The translations under genes and the position numbers were made by a program. The notes below the pieces were generated by a model, which was not told the DNA's origin, ran no database searches, and was given only the letters and a program-made list of their open reading frames with translations. Of a stretch of 64,000 nt of DNA, positions 54,186 to 64,000 are shown piece after piece. Source of the stretch: an uncultured Chloroflexia bacterium (GTDB lineage: Bacteria; Chloroflexota; Anaerolineae; CG2-30-64-16); contig CAWEMM010000009.1 in the NCBI GenBank assembly GCA_963810095.1, positions 650,605-714,604 of the forward strand, read 5' to 3'. Positions within the stretch are counted from its first letter, which is position 1, and each line of letters opens with the position of its first letter.

Positions 54186-54917
54186 TTATTCCTGCAGGTA
54201 TACCGGCTCGCGGCGGTGGCTGCCATCGCACAACGGCTTGCAACTGGACTTCCCACAGTTACACAGCGTCACCCGGTTGCGCGTCTCGAGCGGCTTGCCG
54301 TCAGAGCGCACGATGGGGATGTTCCCGGTCACCCACAAGGGGCCGCGGATCGCGCCTTCCGAGGTGACCTCGACGGTCACCGCGATCTGCTGCGGCAGAT
54401 CGGGCTCAATGTCAGGTTCCCCGTGACGCATGGCATACATGAATGAGCCCGACGGGCAGCGCTCGATCATGGCGATTACCTGGCTGCGGATGGTGCTGTC
54501 GTCGGTCGAACCGGTCATTTCCTCCACGTTCGCCAGGCGGTTGCCGCAAAAACCCGCCTCGGTGCAGAGCGAATAGTCCCGGAAGACGACGATCCCCGTG
54601 CCCCCGGGCACCTCCTGGCGCCGCTCGGCCACCGTGTTCGTCTCCGCCGCCTCGGTGCCGTCGAAGGCGTTTTCGCGATGGGTCATGTCACAAAACGGCC
54701 ACGTAGCGGACTCGCCGCAGCGACACAACTCGTAGCTGTCGCCGGTTGCGATGGTGGCGTCCTTCCGCCAGGTCAGCGGCTCGCCGTGCTCCGACACAAC
54801 CTGCACCTTCCGCACAAACGGAATGGGCCCGTGAATGAGATACGAGCCGTCTGCTTCAACCTCAATCCACATCTTCGGTTCTTCCGGCGCTTCGCCTGTC
54901 ATGCCTTCTCGTGTCAT
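54186..54917 (-). CDS. CDGSH iron-sulfur domain protein (two CDGSH domains around a ferredoxin-like domain)
   Basis: LCRCGES..WPFCDMTH, LCTEAGFC...RCPSG, LCNCGKS..KPLCDGSH. Confidence 0.9.
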   Translation of the reverse strand: MTREGMTGEAPEEPKMWIEVEADGSYLIHGPIPFVRKVQVVSEHGEPLTWRKDATIATGDSYELCRCGESATWPFCDMTHRENAFDGTEAAETNTVAERRQEVPGGTGIVVFRDYSLCTEAGFCGNRLANVEEMTGSTDDSTIRSQVIAMIERCPSGSFMYAMRHGEPDIEPDLPQQIAVTVEVTSEGAIRGPLWVTGNIPIVRSDGKPLETRNRVTLCNCGKSSCKPLCDGSHRREPVYLQE

Positions 54918-55296
54918 GCCCTTTCTCGCTCCTTCCATCCCGCACGGGACCCGGGGCCCTGCCGGTCGACGGCCGTCGAGCTGCCGCCCCGCCTCCGCAT
55001 CGTACCCCAATCGACCTAAGTTTAGGGGAGAGGAGAAAGGTTGTCAATCCGCCTGGCCGGCCAGCCGGCCTCACCCTTGCCGCCGGGGCCTCAGGAAAAA
55101 TGGCCGCAATTGTGGCGGAACCAGGCGTTACAGATGAGACGTTACATACGTTAGAAACATTGGATGCCAGAATAATCACGATCGTGTCTTTCTTTGTGTG
55201 CAGGCAATGGGCATCCGGCAGCAGCGTACGCCACAAGGATCAGGCGAGGTCGTACGGTTTGAGCAGTGTAGTGGCAGTGTATTGGTGGAGGCTTCG

Positions 55297-56002
55297 ATGG
55301 GTTGGCTTTTTCGGCTGATCGGCGGATTACTCCGGACGGTCATCGTGGTCGTCCTCGTCGCAGTGGTCCTGCTGGTGGGCCTCTCGTATCTCGACAGCGC
55401 CGGCATCACCCAGGGCAGGGTCGATCGCGTCCTGGCGGATACCGTCGGTCCGCGGGTTGCCACGGCGGTCGAGCAGGGCGGCGGGACGGTGCTCGACCAG
55501 GCCGCAGGCATTCTGCGCAGCCTGCTCAGTCGCGCCGACCAGGCGCTTGGGCAGGGGGTGCTGGCGGTCAGCACGCCCGAGGGCCAGCCCGCAGCCAGCG
55601 AGTCTTACGAGGCAGACAGCCGCGCCCTGCTCGATAGCATCAATCAGTACCGGGCGTCGAAGGGCTTGGAGCCCTGGCAGTGGGACGCCCGGCTCGCGAC
55701 GTTCGCCCAGACGCGCGCGGACGACATGATCGCCGCGAAACTACTTCAGCCACCACGACCCGGCGACGGGCGACATTCTGCTCGGCCGGCTGCCCACCCT
55801 GGTCTCGGTCGGGGAGAACCTCTTCCAGGTCTCCGGCCCGGCCGTGCGGTTCATGCGCAACATCAACGGCGAGGTGCTCAAGGGGTGGCAGAACAGCCCG
55901 AGCCACAACGAACTGCTGCTGGCGGGCAACATGACCCGGGGCGGCCTGGCGTTTGCGCGCACCGAGACGCGCATCATCGCGGTGCTGATCGCCGCGGAGT
56001 AG
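55297..56002 (+). CDS. Membrane-anchored CAP (SCP/YkwD) domain protein (frameshift near 55738)
   Basis: INQYR..KGL.P, then in shifted frame YFSH, GENL, W.NSPSH..LLL. Confidence 0.82.
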
Positions 56003-56004
56003 AA

Positions 56005-56093
56005 CTAAACCAGTCGCACAATGAGCTTACGCATGTAGGGTGAGCTTTAAGCTCACCCTACAATGAGTTCTTTCCACTTTGCGATTAGTTTAG
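56005..56093. mobile_element. MITE-like element carrying an internal GTAG REP palindrome
   Basis: Imperfect terminal inverted repeats CTAAACCAGTCGCA / TGCGATTAGTTTAG; internal TGTAGGGTGAGCTT-T-AAGCTCACCCTACA. Confidence 0.5.
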
Positions 56094-56129
56094 CAGTTCA
56101 CCTCGCGCTGCTGGACGGCTAGGGATGGA

Positions 56130-56231
56130 ATGGGACACAAATTGAACCGATCTGCCCTGGCTCTCTGAAAGTAATCACGTGAATCGGGCGGCGTCAAAGG
56201 CGCGGGCGATCAGTTCAATCCGACGTCCTAT
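56130..56231. repeat. Family B palindrome copy 6 (degenerate)
   Basis: ATGGGACACAAATTGAACCGATC...GATCAGTTCAATCCGACGTCCTAT. Confidence 0.65.
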
Positions 56232-56669
56232 CTATTTCAGCTTGTAGCGATAGATGTTGGTCTCGCGGCGCTCGAAGCCAACGCGCTGGTAGAGCCGGTT
56301 TGCGGCCTCGCGCGACGGGCGTGACGTGAGGTCTACGGTCGTCGCACCCGCGTCCTGAGCCACCCGGAGCGCGTGCCGGGTGAGCGCTTCGCCCAGCCCT
56401 TGCCCCCGCTGGCTGCCGTCCACGATCACGTCCTCGATCCATGCGCGCAGCCCCGTCGGAATCCTGAACAGTGCCAACGTCAGGCTGCCCACGATCTCCC
56501 CCACCTCGTTCCAGGCAATCAAAAGCGTGATCGCGGGTGAGTCGACCATCTCTTGCAGTTGATCGCGGGTGGGGGCCGGATTTGACGACGACAGTTGCGG
56601 AACGAGCCGCGCCATCGCGGCGAGCAGTTCGTCGGTGACTTCGGTGGCCTTCTCAATTCGGTGCGCCAT
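56232..56669 (-). CDS. GNAT N-acetyltransferase
   Basis: WIEDVIVD..QRGQGLG, ANRLYQRVGF. Confidence 0.92.
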   Translation of the reverse strand: MAHRIEKATEVTDELLAAMARLVPQLSSSNPAPTRDQLQEMVDSPAITLLIAWNEVGEIVGSLTLALFRIPTGLRAWIEDVIVDGSQRGQGLGEALTRHALRVAQDAGATTVDLTSRPSREAANRLYQRVGFERRETNIYRYKLK

Positions 56670-56744
56670 GCTTACCCTCCGTTGGTTGCGGATGCGAGAG
56701 GGAGTATAGCGGGGTCACCCCAGGCGGTCAAAGCAACGGACGTT

Positions 56745-56817
56745 AACCACAAAGGCACGAAGACTCGAGGGTTCACGACGACTTTGTGATACTTCGTGCC
56801 TTCGTGTCTTTGTGGTT
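56745..56817. repeat. Family A palindrome copy 9
   Basis: AACCACAAAGGCACGAAGAC...CTTCGTGCCTTCGTGTCTTTGTGGTT. Confidence 0.85.
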
Positions 56818-56825
56818 CGGTCTCC

Positions 56826-59800
56826 TCACGCCGGCAGCAGATCAGCCAGTGCGGCCAGCCCTTCCCGGGTCGAGAAGTAGGAGCAGTGGTCGAGCGGCAG
56901 CTCGGTAAACGTGGGCGCCGGGTCGCGGTCGGGCGGCAGCGCCAACATGCTGCTCACGCTCACCGCTGTGTCGTTGGGCTGGCCGAAAAAGACGACCGAC
57001 GCGAGCGCCTTGCGCGTTTCGGTCGATGTGAGCCGCTGGCTGAGCTTCTCCAGCAGGCCGCCTTCGGCCAAGGCAGCGGGGATCTTTGACGTGTTGCCGA
57101 CGATGACGGCATACGGAATGCACGGATCCTCGCTTGCGTTGAGCTGCTTGTAGAACTGCGAGCCCGGTTTGAGCTCGTCCATGGTCGTGTCGAACTTCTC
57201 CACCGCGCCGACCGCAGACGCCAGCACGCCGACAAGTGCGGGGATCGCGGCCGGCGGCCAGATCAGCGACGCCAGCCCGTTGATCGCCGCGCCGAGCGCG
57301 ACCAGGGCGAGGTCTTCCACCTTGGCCCACGGGCTGCCCGCGTTCGGCGGTGCGGCCAGCACGGCCTTTTGCACCATCCGGTTGCCCGCCTCGCGCTCGA
57401 TGAACCAGCGGGTGACCTGGGTGCCCAGCGAGTGGGAAACGATGTGCAGCGTTTTCTTGTGCCCCGGCCCCAGCCCGACCGCCTTCAGCTGCTCCTTCAG
57501 CTTGAGCGCCGTTTCTTCGACCGGCGTGTTCAGGCTTTCGTAGTCAAACGTGAGGATGAGGTCGTAGCGGGGCTTGAGCGGTGCGGGCGGGTTTTCCACC
57601 TCCACGCCCCCGGGCAAGCCCGCCGCGCTCGCGGCCATGCCGCGGGTGTCGCCCGTGATCCCGTGGATGTACAGCAGGATGCGCTCGGCCGCGGCCACTT
57701 TCTCCCTGACCGATAGCGGGCTCGCATCGTACTCGACGGGCTTGCCGCGCTCGACCGTGGCCGCCGCCAACCGGCACACCTCGCCGTCGCCGATGCTCAG
57801 CTTCTCGGCCAGCATCTTCTGGAAGAAGAGCTTCATCGATCCCTTCAGATCGCGCGGTGCCCAGCGGGTCGGGCAGCCGCTCGATGACGATCTTCGTCGT
57901 TCCGTCGCGGCTTTCGCTCCTGCCCAGCGGCAGGAATAGCCCGGTGCCCGGGTCGTACGCAATCGGCAGCACCGTCTCGTCGGGCCGCAATGGAATCGCT
58001 GCGTTGACGACGAACGGCTGCGCAGGGGTCACCAGCTTGTACGAGTCGTCTGCGACTTCGAGCTCCAGCACGCTGGGGCCCGGCTCGCCGCTGCGGCTCG
58101 AGGCGAACTCGAACGGCCGGCCGAGCTCGGGGTGGTCGCCGAAGATGCGCGGAATCGCCAGGTTGCCCACGTCGCGCGCCCCTTCGGCGAGGGTGGTCAG
58201 CCGGACCGTCGCGTTCAGCCCGGGGTGTCCTTCGACGGCGACCAGGTCGGACAGCGGGGCCGATTCCCCCGGTCCGGGCACCGTGGCCGCGTCCTGCGGC
58301 TGGACGGTGGTGAAGGCAATCTGCGTGGTCGTCCAATCCGCGATCTCTTCCTGCGGCATGACCCTGGGCTTAAGCCCGCGCGACTGGAGGTGGCCGAACA
58401 ACTGGGCCAGCGACGACTCGGGGATTTCGGGCTCCATCAGCAGCGACTTCGTCGTCACGTCGAGGGGCGGTTGTTCGAGGAGCGTGCCGGGCGCCTCGGT
58501 GGTGCTGACGACGAGCTTGAGCACGTCCCGGAACGTCACGACGCCCTGCTGGCGCAGCGACTCGGGGATCTCGGGCTGGATTTCGCCGCCGTCGGAGGCC
58601 CAGACCACGTCGCCCGTCTTGCCTTGCGGCTCCAGCCACTGCCCCCCGCCCGGCAGCAGGTTGTACGTCTGGATGCCGAAGTCCTCGGTCAGATCGAGCA
58701 GGGCCGCGTAGAGCCGGCGGCTCGTGGTGTTGGTGAGCTTGATCTTGAACGACGGGGCGACCCATTCCTCACCTACGGCCAGGGCGTCGCCCTTGCGGCG
58801 GTATTCGAAGCGGATCACGCCCTCTCGTGCCTCGAGCTTTTCGCCGAGGGAGCCGTCCGGCTTCACGTCGAACAACTCCATCTTCACGGCGTCGCGGGGC
58901 AGCGCCGTCGTCTTGTTGTCCAGCCGGTCGAACTGGAGCCAGCGGGCGACCCGCTCCAACCGGTCCACCGCCAGCGCGGCTGCGGCCTCGGTATAGCCTT
59001 CCTCGACGGCCGCCATCAGCGGATACGCGTCGTCGGCCCGGCGGATCAGCAGGCGCGCATCCTGGGCCTTGAGAACGAGGTCGGCCGCCTTGCGCTCGTC
59101 GTCAGTGCTCGCTTCACGGACGATGTTCGACGGTCCGCCCGTCGATCCGGCCGTCCCGAGCGCATTCCGCACCAGCGCCAACCCCGGCTCGTCGCCCTCT
59201 AGCCGGAGAAGGACCGGCGGCAGTGGGACGCTGATCACGAAGGCTCGATAGCCTTCCTTGGGGTCCGGTTGGGTACCCCCGCCGGCTCCAGCGTCACGTA
59301 CGACCGGCCGGCTTCGACTTGCGTCACGCGCGCCAGGCCCAGCGTGTCGCTCTGCCGCCGGACATCCTTCAAGTCGACATCGTCTTCGACGTAGGCGAGG
59401 ACGGTCGTTTCGCCGTCACGCGGCCCGGCAACACCATGGACCGCGCCCCCGTCGATCGTCCAGCCGCGCTTGTCGTCTCGGGTCAGCGAGAAGTAGGGCG
59501 GCTGCGGCTTGATCGCGCCGCCGAGGAAAGGCCGGTCGAGTTCCTGGACGTCGGCGGTTTCAAGCGTTGGGTTCTGGCCCGCAGCCCGGTTTCGCACGAG
59601 CGCGGCCAGCCGCGCGTACAGGTCGCGATAGGTCAGCGCGCCCGACGTCCGCTGCAGTGCGTCGAGCAGGTAGTAGGAGAGGACGCCGTGCACGTCGTCG
59701 TCGATGAAGCGCTCCTGTGCCAGTTCTTCGGGACGGCAGGCGGAGAAGAGCACATGCCGGCCGCGAGGCACCTCGAACCAGACCCGGGTCGCGGCTTCTT

Positions 59801-60392
59801 CCGGCGAAACGTCGGGCGAAGTGATAATGGACTCATAGCCGAGGTAGCTCTGCACTGGCCGCATCCGGTCGTCGGCGGGCGTCATGCGGGCGACGGTGTC
59901 CAGGTCCCGGCTGATGGAACCGGAGTGACAGGAGTCGAAGACGGTGATGACCTGTGCGCCCTTCTCTGCCACCTCGGACAGGAGAACGGCGATCTCCTTG
60001 TCGGCCAGGTCGCAGCCACCCTCCGCCCGGCTGTCGTAGCAGACGATCGTCTCGTTGAGCCGGTCGGGCTCGAGCCGCCAGAACTCGGGCGGCGCCGGTT
60101 CCTGCGAGCCGTGGCCGCTGTAATAGAAGAAGACGATATCCTCGGGGCCGGCCTGGCGCAGGTGCTGTCGGAACCCGTCGATGACCGCCTGGCGTGTGGG
60201 TCTCTGCTCCGCAGGATTGGCGCGGTCGCCAGACGTCAGGACCAGTTCATGCAATTCGTACTCGTCGCTTTGGGTGCGCCGCCGCAGGAACTCAAGTACG
60301 TTCTTCACGTCGTTGACGCAGCCGTTCAGCCCGCGCACGCCCCCCTGGTATTCGTTGATGCCCACCAACAGCGCGTAAATCTTGCCGGTCAT
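56826..60392 (-). CDS. About 1190-aa multidomain protein: N-terminal caspase (C14), central beta domains, C-terminal alpha/beta-hydrolase (lipase); split by 2 indels
   Basis: YALLVGINEY, YSGHG, DSCHSG; IHGITGDT, SHSLG, PNAGS, D and H near the end; indels at C5 run 59276-59280 and near 57856. Confidence 0.85.
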
Positions 60393-60462
60393 CCCGTCCC
60401 TCCCTCTGGCTCCCCGTCCCATCGGGTGCCCTTTCCGCCGTCTCTGTTGCGCAGGCTTTGGC

Positions 60463-61284
60463 TCAGATGGCGAACGGCCGTCCGCGCTCGAAGTCCGTGT
60501 TGGCCGCGCCCACCTTAAACAGATTGGGGCTCTGATAGCGCGGCATTCGCTTCACGACGTCGCGGTGGAAGCGCAAGATGCTGTTGTGGAAGCTGCCCCC
60601 GTTCCATGCCTGCAGCACCTTCTCGGTGAACAGCCCGTTGACTTTGCCGTCGTACGAGACTTGGTTGTCCTGGCAGCCTGAGATAAGGATGACCGAGGCT
60701 GCGACCGCGCCAGTTTCCGCGGCTGGATTAGCGGTCTGAACAGCGTCATAGGCGGCGCGGTTTCGTTTGTAGGTTGCGGCCTGCACGTCTTGCGGCAGCA
60801 CCCGGATCGCCGGGCCGGGCTCCTTCGTCTCCTCCTCGACCGCCTTGGCCACCGAACCGCTGTGGCAGCTGTCTGACAGCATGAGGACGCGCACACCGGG
60901 CTGGAACCCCTGCCACAGCGCGTACAGCTCGTCGTCGACCAGCTCGCGGTCATACAGGCACCAGGTTTCGTCCATGTCGTCCGGCTCGTCGCCGTTGCGG
61001 TCGGGCACCTGGCCGCCGTGGCCCGCATAGCTCAGAAAGAGGATGTCGCCGCGCTGGAGTTTTGCTGCAGCGGCCCGGATCGCCGCGATGACCGCATCAG
61101 AAGTCGCCTGCTGCGTGAGCAGGATCTGCGAGGTGAACCCCTGAGTGTCCGCGATGGCCTTCATCGCGCGTGCGTCTGATTCGCAAGCCACGAGATAGCC
61201 AGGCCAGGGGTTGCCGTTCTGGTCCGTGTAGTGATTGGGGTCGACGCTGTTCAAGCCGATGTGGATCGAGAGACCTGTTGCCAT
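60463..61284 (-). CDS. Stand-alone caspase-family (C14B metacaspase) protease
   Basis: HIGLN, YAGHGGQ, DETWC, SDSCHSG, SGCQDNQ.S.D, QSP. Confidence 0.93.
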   Translation of the reverse strand: MATGLSIHIGLNSVDPNHYTDQNGNPWPGYLVACESDARAMKAIADTQGFTSQILLTQQATSDAVIAAIRAAAAKLQRGDILFLSYAGHGGQVPDRNGDEPDDMDETWCLYDRELVDDELYALWQGFQPGVRVLMLSDSCHSGSVAKAVEEETKEPGPAIRVLPQDVQAATYKRNRAAYDAVQTANPAAETGAVAASVILISGCQDNQVSYDGKVNGLFTEKVLQAWNGGSFHNSILRFHRDVVKRMPRYQSPNLFKVGAANTDFERGRPFAI

Positions 61285-61491
61285 GCTTGCCTCCTGCATC
61301 CTACTAGCTCACCCTTTGGGCGAGTACTAACGACAAGATAAGGGCAAGTATAACACGGAAATGTTTCTAGTGTCGCACAAGAATCGCCCGGTAGCGAACC
61401 GCAATGGAGCGCCCCTGACGCGGGCCGGCGTCCAGGATCCGTGCGTCGCGAAGAAAGACTGCCGCCGGCCCACCGCAGCCCAAGGCCGCCG

Positions 61492-62700
61492 CTACTTGAC
61501 GGAGACGGCCCGGTACGGACCCTTCAGGGCAGGATATTTCGCTGCAGGATCGGCCGCATCCAGGTCGATTTCCAGAACTTGCTGATCGGCGGGCAGGTCA
61601 TAAGGCAACTGGACGAGCCGGTAACGATACTTGTCGGACGCGGGCCGGTCCGTGCGAAACTTGACCGTCGAGTCGGTCTCGTTCGTGATCCAGATGTAGT
61701 AGGGTTCTCCGTCGGCCGCTCGGACGTCGGTCAGGACCTTGAGCGTTTCCAGGTCGGGGTTGCCGTTCTCGCCATCGGCCGAGATCACGTAGTGGCGGGC
61801 GACGATGGCCTGGAAGAACTCGGGCGTCGCGTTGCGGATGCTCCCGTGGTGCGGCAGCTTGAGGATGTCGACGGCCAGTCTCGGGGGTTTGGGGTCGGTC
61901 TTGCTGGTCTTGAGCAGTGCGGCGGTGACCTCGTCGGGCCGTCCGTCGCCGGTGAGCAAGATCTTCTTGCCATCGGTCGACTGCACGAGGAACATGATGC
62001 TGCTGAGGTTTGCGTACGAGGTATCAAGACCGCGCGCACCCAGCGCTGCCTGCTTGGCCAGCCAGGCATCCCATTCCTTCCTGAGCCGCTTGAGGTTCTT
62101 CTGGTTGGGTCCCGCAATGCGCACGGTCAGCCCATCGCACGTGATTGGTTTCCGGGCGGTCTCCGTGCACACAAACCCCTGGGGCCCGGCGGCCGGGTCG
62201 AGCGCGGGGAAGCCGGGGTTCACCGGCACGCCGAGCGTTGCGGCCGCCCGCGTGAGCTTGTCGCCCTGGTCGATGCTTTTGGCGCCGAGGTCCATGAGGA
62301 AGGTCTCGGGCTCGCCCGCCCATTCCAGGTCCCGGCTCTGGGCGGTTGCGCCGGCAATCACGTCGAGGACCCGGCCGGCGCGCTCCGCGTCGACCATCTG
62401 GCTGAACGTGTTGTGCCAGAGTTCGCCGATGGGAAGCGTCCACACGTCGTCGCGGTTGGGGCCGGCCAGCCCGTCGAAGAAGTCAAGCAGCCCGTGCGCG
62501 TGGTCGTCGTCAATGTGGCTGAGCACCACCTGGTCCAGTTGGCCGCCGGCAGCGCGGATGCGCTGGAGTTCGGGGGCCAGGTGGTTGTCGAAGACGCCTC
62601 CGGGGCCGCCATCGATCAGCATGTAGTGGGGCTGGCTGGTGCCGTAGACAAGGACGAGGCAGTCGCCTTTTTCGGCTTGCACGATCCTAAGCTTGAGCAT
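61492..62700 (-). CDS. MBL-fold metallo-hydrolase (ComEC/Rec2-like nuclease clade)
   Basis: GDCL, LIDGG, SHIDDDH, D.S.AN.SSI, LLTGD, KLPHHGS. Confidence 0.88.
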   Translation of the reverse strand: MLKLRIVQAEKGDCLVLVYGTSQPHYMLIDGGPGGVFDNHLAPELQRIRAAGGQLDQVVLSHIDDDHAHGLLDFFDGLAGPNRDDVWTLPIGELWHNTFSQMVDAERAGRVLDVIAGATAQSRDLEWAGEPETFLMDLGAKSIDQGDKLTRAAATLGVPVNPGFPALDPAAGPQGFVCTETARKPITCDGLTVRIAGPNQKNLKRLRKEWDAWLAKQAALGARGLDTSYANLSSIMFLVQSTDGKKILLTGDGRPDEVTAALLKTSKTDPKPPRLAVDILKLPHHGSIRNATPEFFQAIVARHYVISADGENGNPDLETLKVLTDVRAADGEPYYIWITNETDSTVKFRTDRPASDKYRYRLVQLPYDLPADQQVLEIDLDAADPAAKYPALKGPYRAVSVK

Positions 62701-63006
62701 CGCATGACTCCTCTCGCGGCGAAGGTCTGGTCGGCAGGCGACCCAGAAAACGACACGACGAGGCGGGCTGGCTCCCGCTTTCGCGCGGCGGTGCAGCGGC
62801 CCGGTCAGCGCGCTGCGCCGCCGAACGCGCCCCGGTGACTGCACGAATTATACTGCCAACTTGCGCAGTTTGCGACAGGGAGTTTTACACGGGGAGCGGT
62901 AGAGCGCCGTAAGCGGGGGGTATCGGACGGAGTGGCGGAGGCGGACGGGGGCAGTCCGGCAGCGGAGGAACTCTCCGCTGCCGGGATAATGGTCAGCGAG
63001 TGGCGA

Positions 63007-63438
63007 CTAGCGCGCGACTCCGAAAGCCCGCTTCGTGCCGGGCAGCATGCAGTACAGCAAGATGAGGCCGTTGACCAGGAAAGACACGCTGTAGTCCGAG
63101 AAGGTCGATGCCGAGCCGGCGATGGCAAAGAAATCGAGGATCAGGTTGAAGGTCGCGATGACTGCCAGGAACATCCATGCCTGCGGGTCGACCTTCCAAA
63201 GCATCTGGACCAGCCACACCCATACCCACACCATCAAGAGCCACATGAGGGTGTTCCACAGGTTAAAGGCGCGGAACGTAACGCCGCCGATCACGTACGG
63301 GAGGATCCCGAGCGCTTGGAGCGTATGGATGCCGGCCATCACGGCGGCGATGCCGGCCAGGATGGCAAGCACGGTGACCGGGAACGGTCGCTTGACGGGC
63401 TGGGGTGGCGCGACCACCTTGGCGGATTTTGAGGCCAT
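63007..63438 (-). CDS. Small integral membrane protein
   Basis: KRPFPVTVLAIL start, 4 TM, AAGGAG RBS. Confidence 0.8.
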   Translation of the reverse strand: MASKSAKVVAPPQPVKRPFPVTVLAILAGIAAVMAGIHTLQALGILPYVIGGVTFRAFNLWNTLMWLLMVWVWVWLVQMLWKVDPQAWMFLAVIATFNLILDFFAIAGSASTFSDYSVSFLVNGLILLYCMLPGTKRAFGVAR

Positions 63439-63618
63439 GATAATACTCCTTCGACGAGATGAATAGGCTGAGCCTGGTTCTGATTGTAATTAACTCTACC
63501 AATTCTGCCAAGTTCCGCGAGGGTTGCCCGTCTGCCTCGAGGTGGACGAAGGTAGAAGGAAAGCGCGCCGCAGGGGACGAACTTGAACCCCGCGCCGAGC
63601 GGCCGGGGCCCAAATAGA

Positions 63619-63650
63619 ACGACCGGTAGCGGGGAACCACTACCGGTCGT
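63619..63650 (-). terminator. Hairpin downstream of the tRNA remnant
   Basis: ACGACCGGTAG...CTACCGGTCGT followed on minus strand by TCTATTT. Confidence 0.55.
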
Positions 63651-63654
63651 AGGA

Positions 63655-63718
63655 GGAGCGGGTAACCGGATTCGAACCGGTGACATCCAGCTTGGTAAGA
63701 TGGATGTCTTTTTCCCGC
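63655..63718 (-). pseudogene. Degenerate tRNA-Gly-like sequence (D-arm missing)
   Basis: GCGGGAA..CCATC-TTACCAA-GCTGG-ATGTC-ACCGG-TTCGAAT-CCGGT-TACCCGC-TCC: intact T-arm and acceptor 3' strand, no D-arm, no terminal CCA. Confidence 0.7.
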
Positions 63719-64000
63719 TGTCGATAAGAGCGTCCTCGCAGCGGACGTCCTACATGCCCTATAAGGGATTCCTTGCGTCCGGTGCCGCGCGATGACCAAA
63801 ACTCCAGCGAAGCTGAATGTCATCGGTTTGATTCGATCACGGGTTGCGCAGGGGGCCAATGTTCGCGACGGAGGGGTATAGCGCCCTTTCTCATCATCCA
63901 ATCGGTGCCACCCCTTCGCCCGCTCCAGATTCGACGCCAATCTTCGCGACACGCCCGCGGCCCCCCCATTCCGTGACGCCTCTCGAACCTCAGGCGGGCT

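Noticed and set aside
59235-59280. Programmed frameshift giving caspase-only versus full-length protein
   Set aside because: The shift is at a C5/G5 homopolymer and the window has many similar indels; sequencing error is more parsimonious, though reads should be checked
63655-63718. Functional tRNA-Gly(ACC)
   Set aside because: No D-arm, mismatches in the anticodon and acceptor stems, and ACC anticodons are essentially unused in bacteria

Overview
GC-rich bacterial chromosomal segment. Gene content and style (FMN-riboswitch RibXY-type ABC transporter, phasin/PhaR/SCP2 cluster, P-II-like gene next to a CPA2 antiporter) suggest Chloroflexota/Anaerolineae; this is inference. Most genes are housekeeping or metabolic: glgA, glgX, aspA-like, a selenocysteine formate dehydrogenase operon (in-frame TGA plus SECIS), ansA, aceK-aceA-aceB, a lipid/PHA-granule-like cluster and rsgA. 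About 13 genes are split by single-base indels, probably long-read consensus errors. Most notable observations: (1) about 16 intergenic palindromes built from tandem 8-nt (ACVAAGRC) or 9-nt (nnnGATnnn or ACGAATnnn) units, mostly sitting right behind stop codons, including every junction of the ace and fdh operons; (2) an MBL-hydrolase / metacaspase / caspase-lipase module with recurring [STA][RK][DGS][LVI] candidate cleavage motifs, next to tRNA-Gly remnants; (3) an uncalled 29-aa leader peptide plus twin-hairpin attenuator in front of rsgA; (4) a stand-alone GyrA C-terminal-domain gene; (5) an FMN riboswitch with a hairpin inserted in a normally conserved loop. No CRISPR array, rRNA, integrase or transposase was seen.
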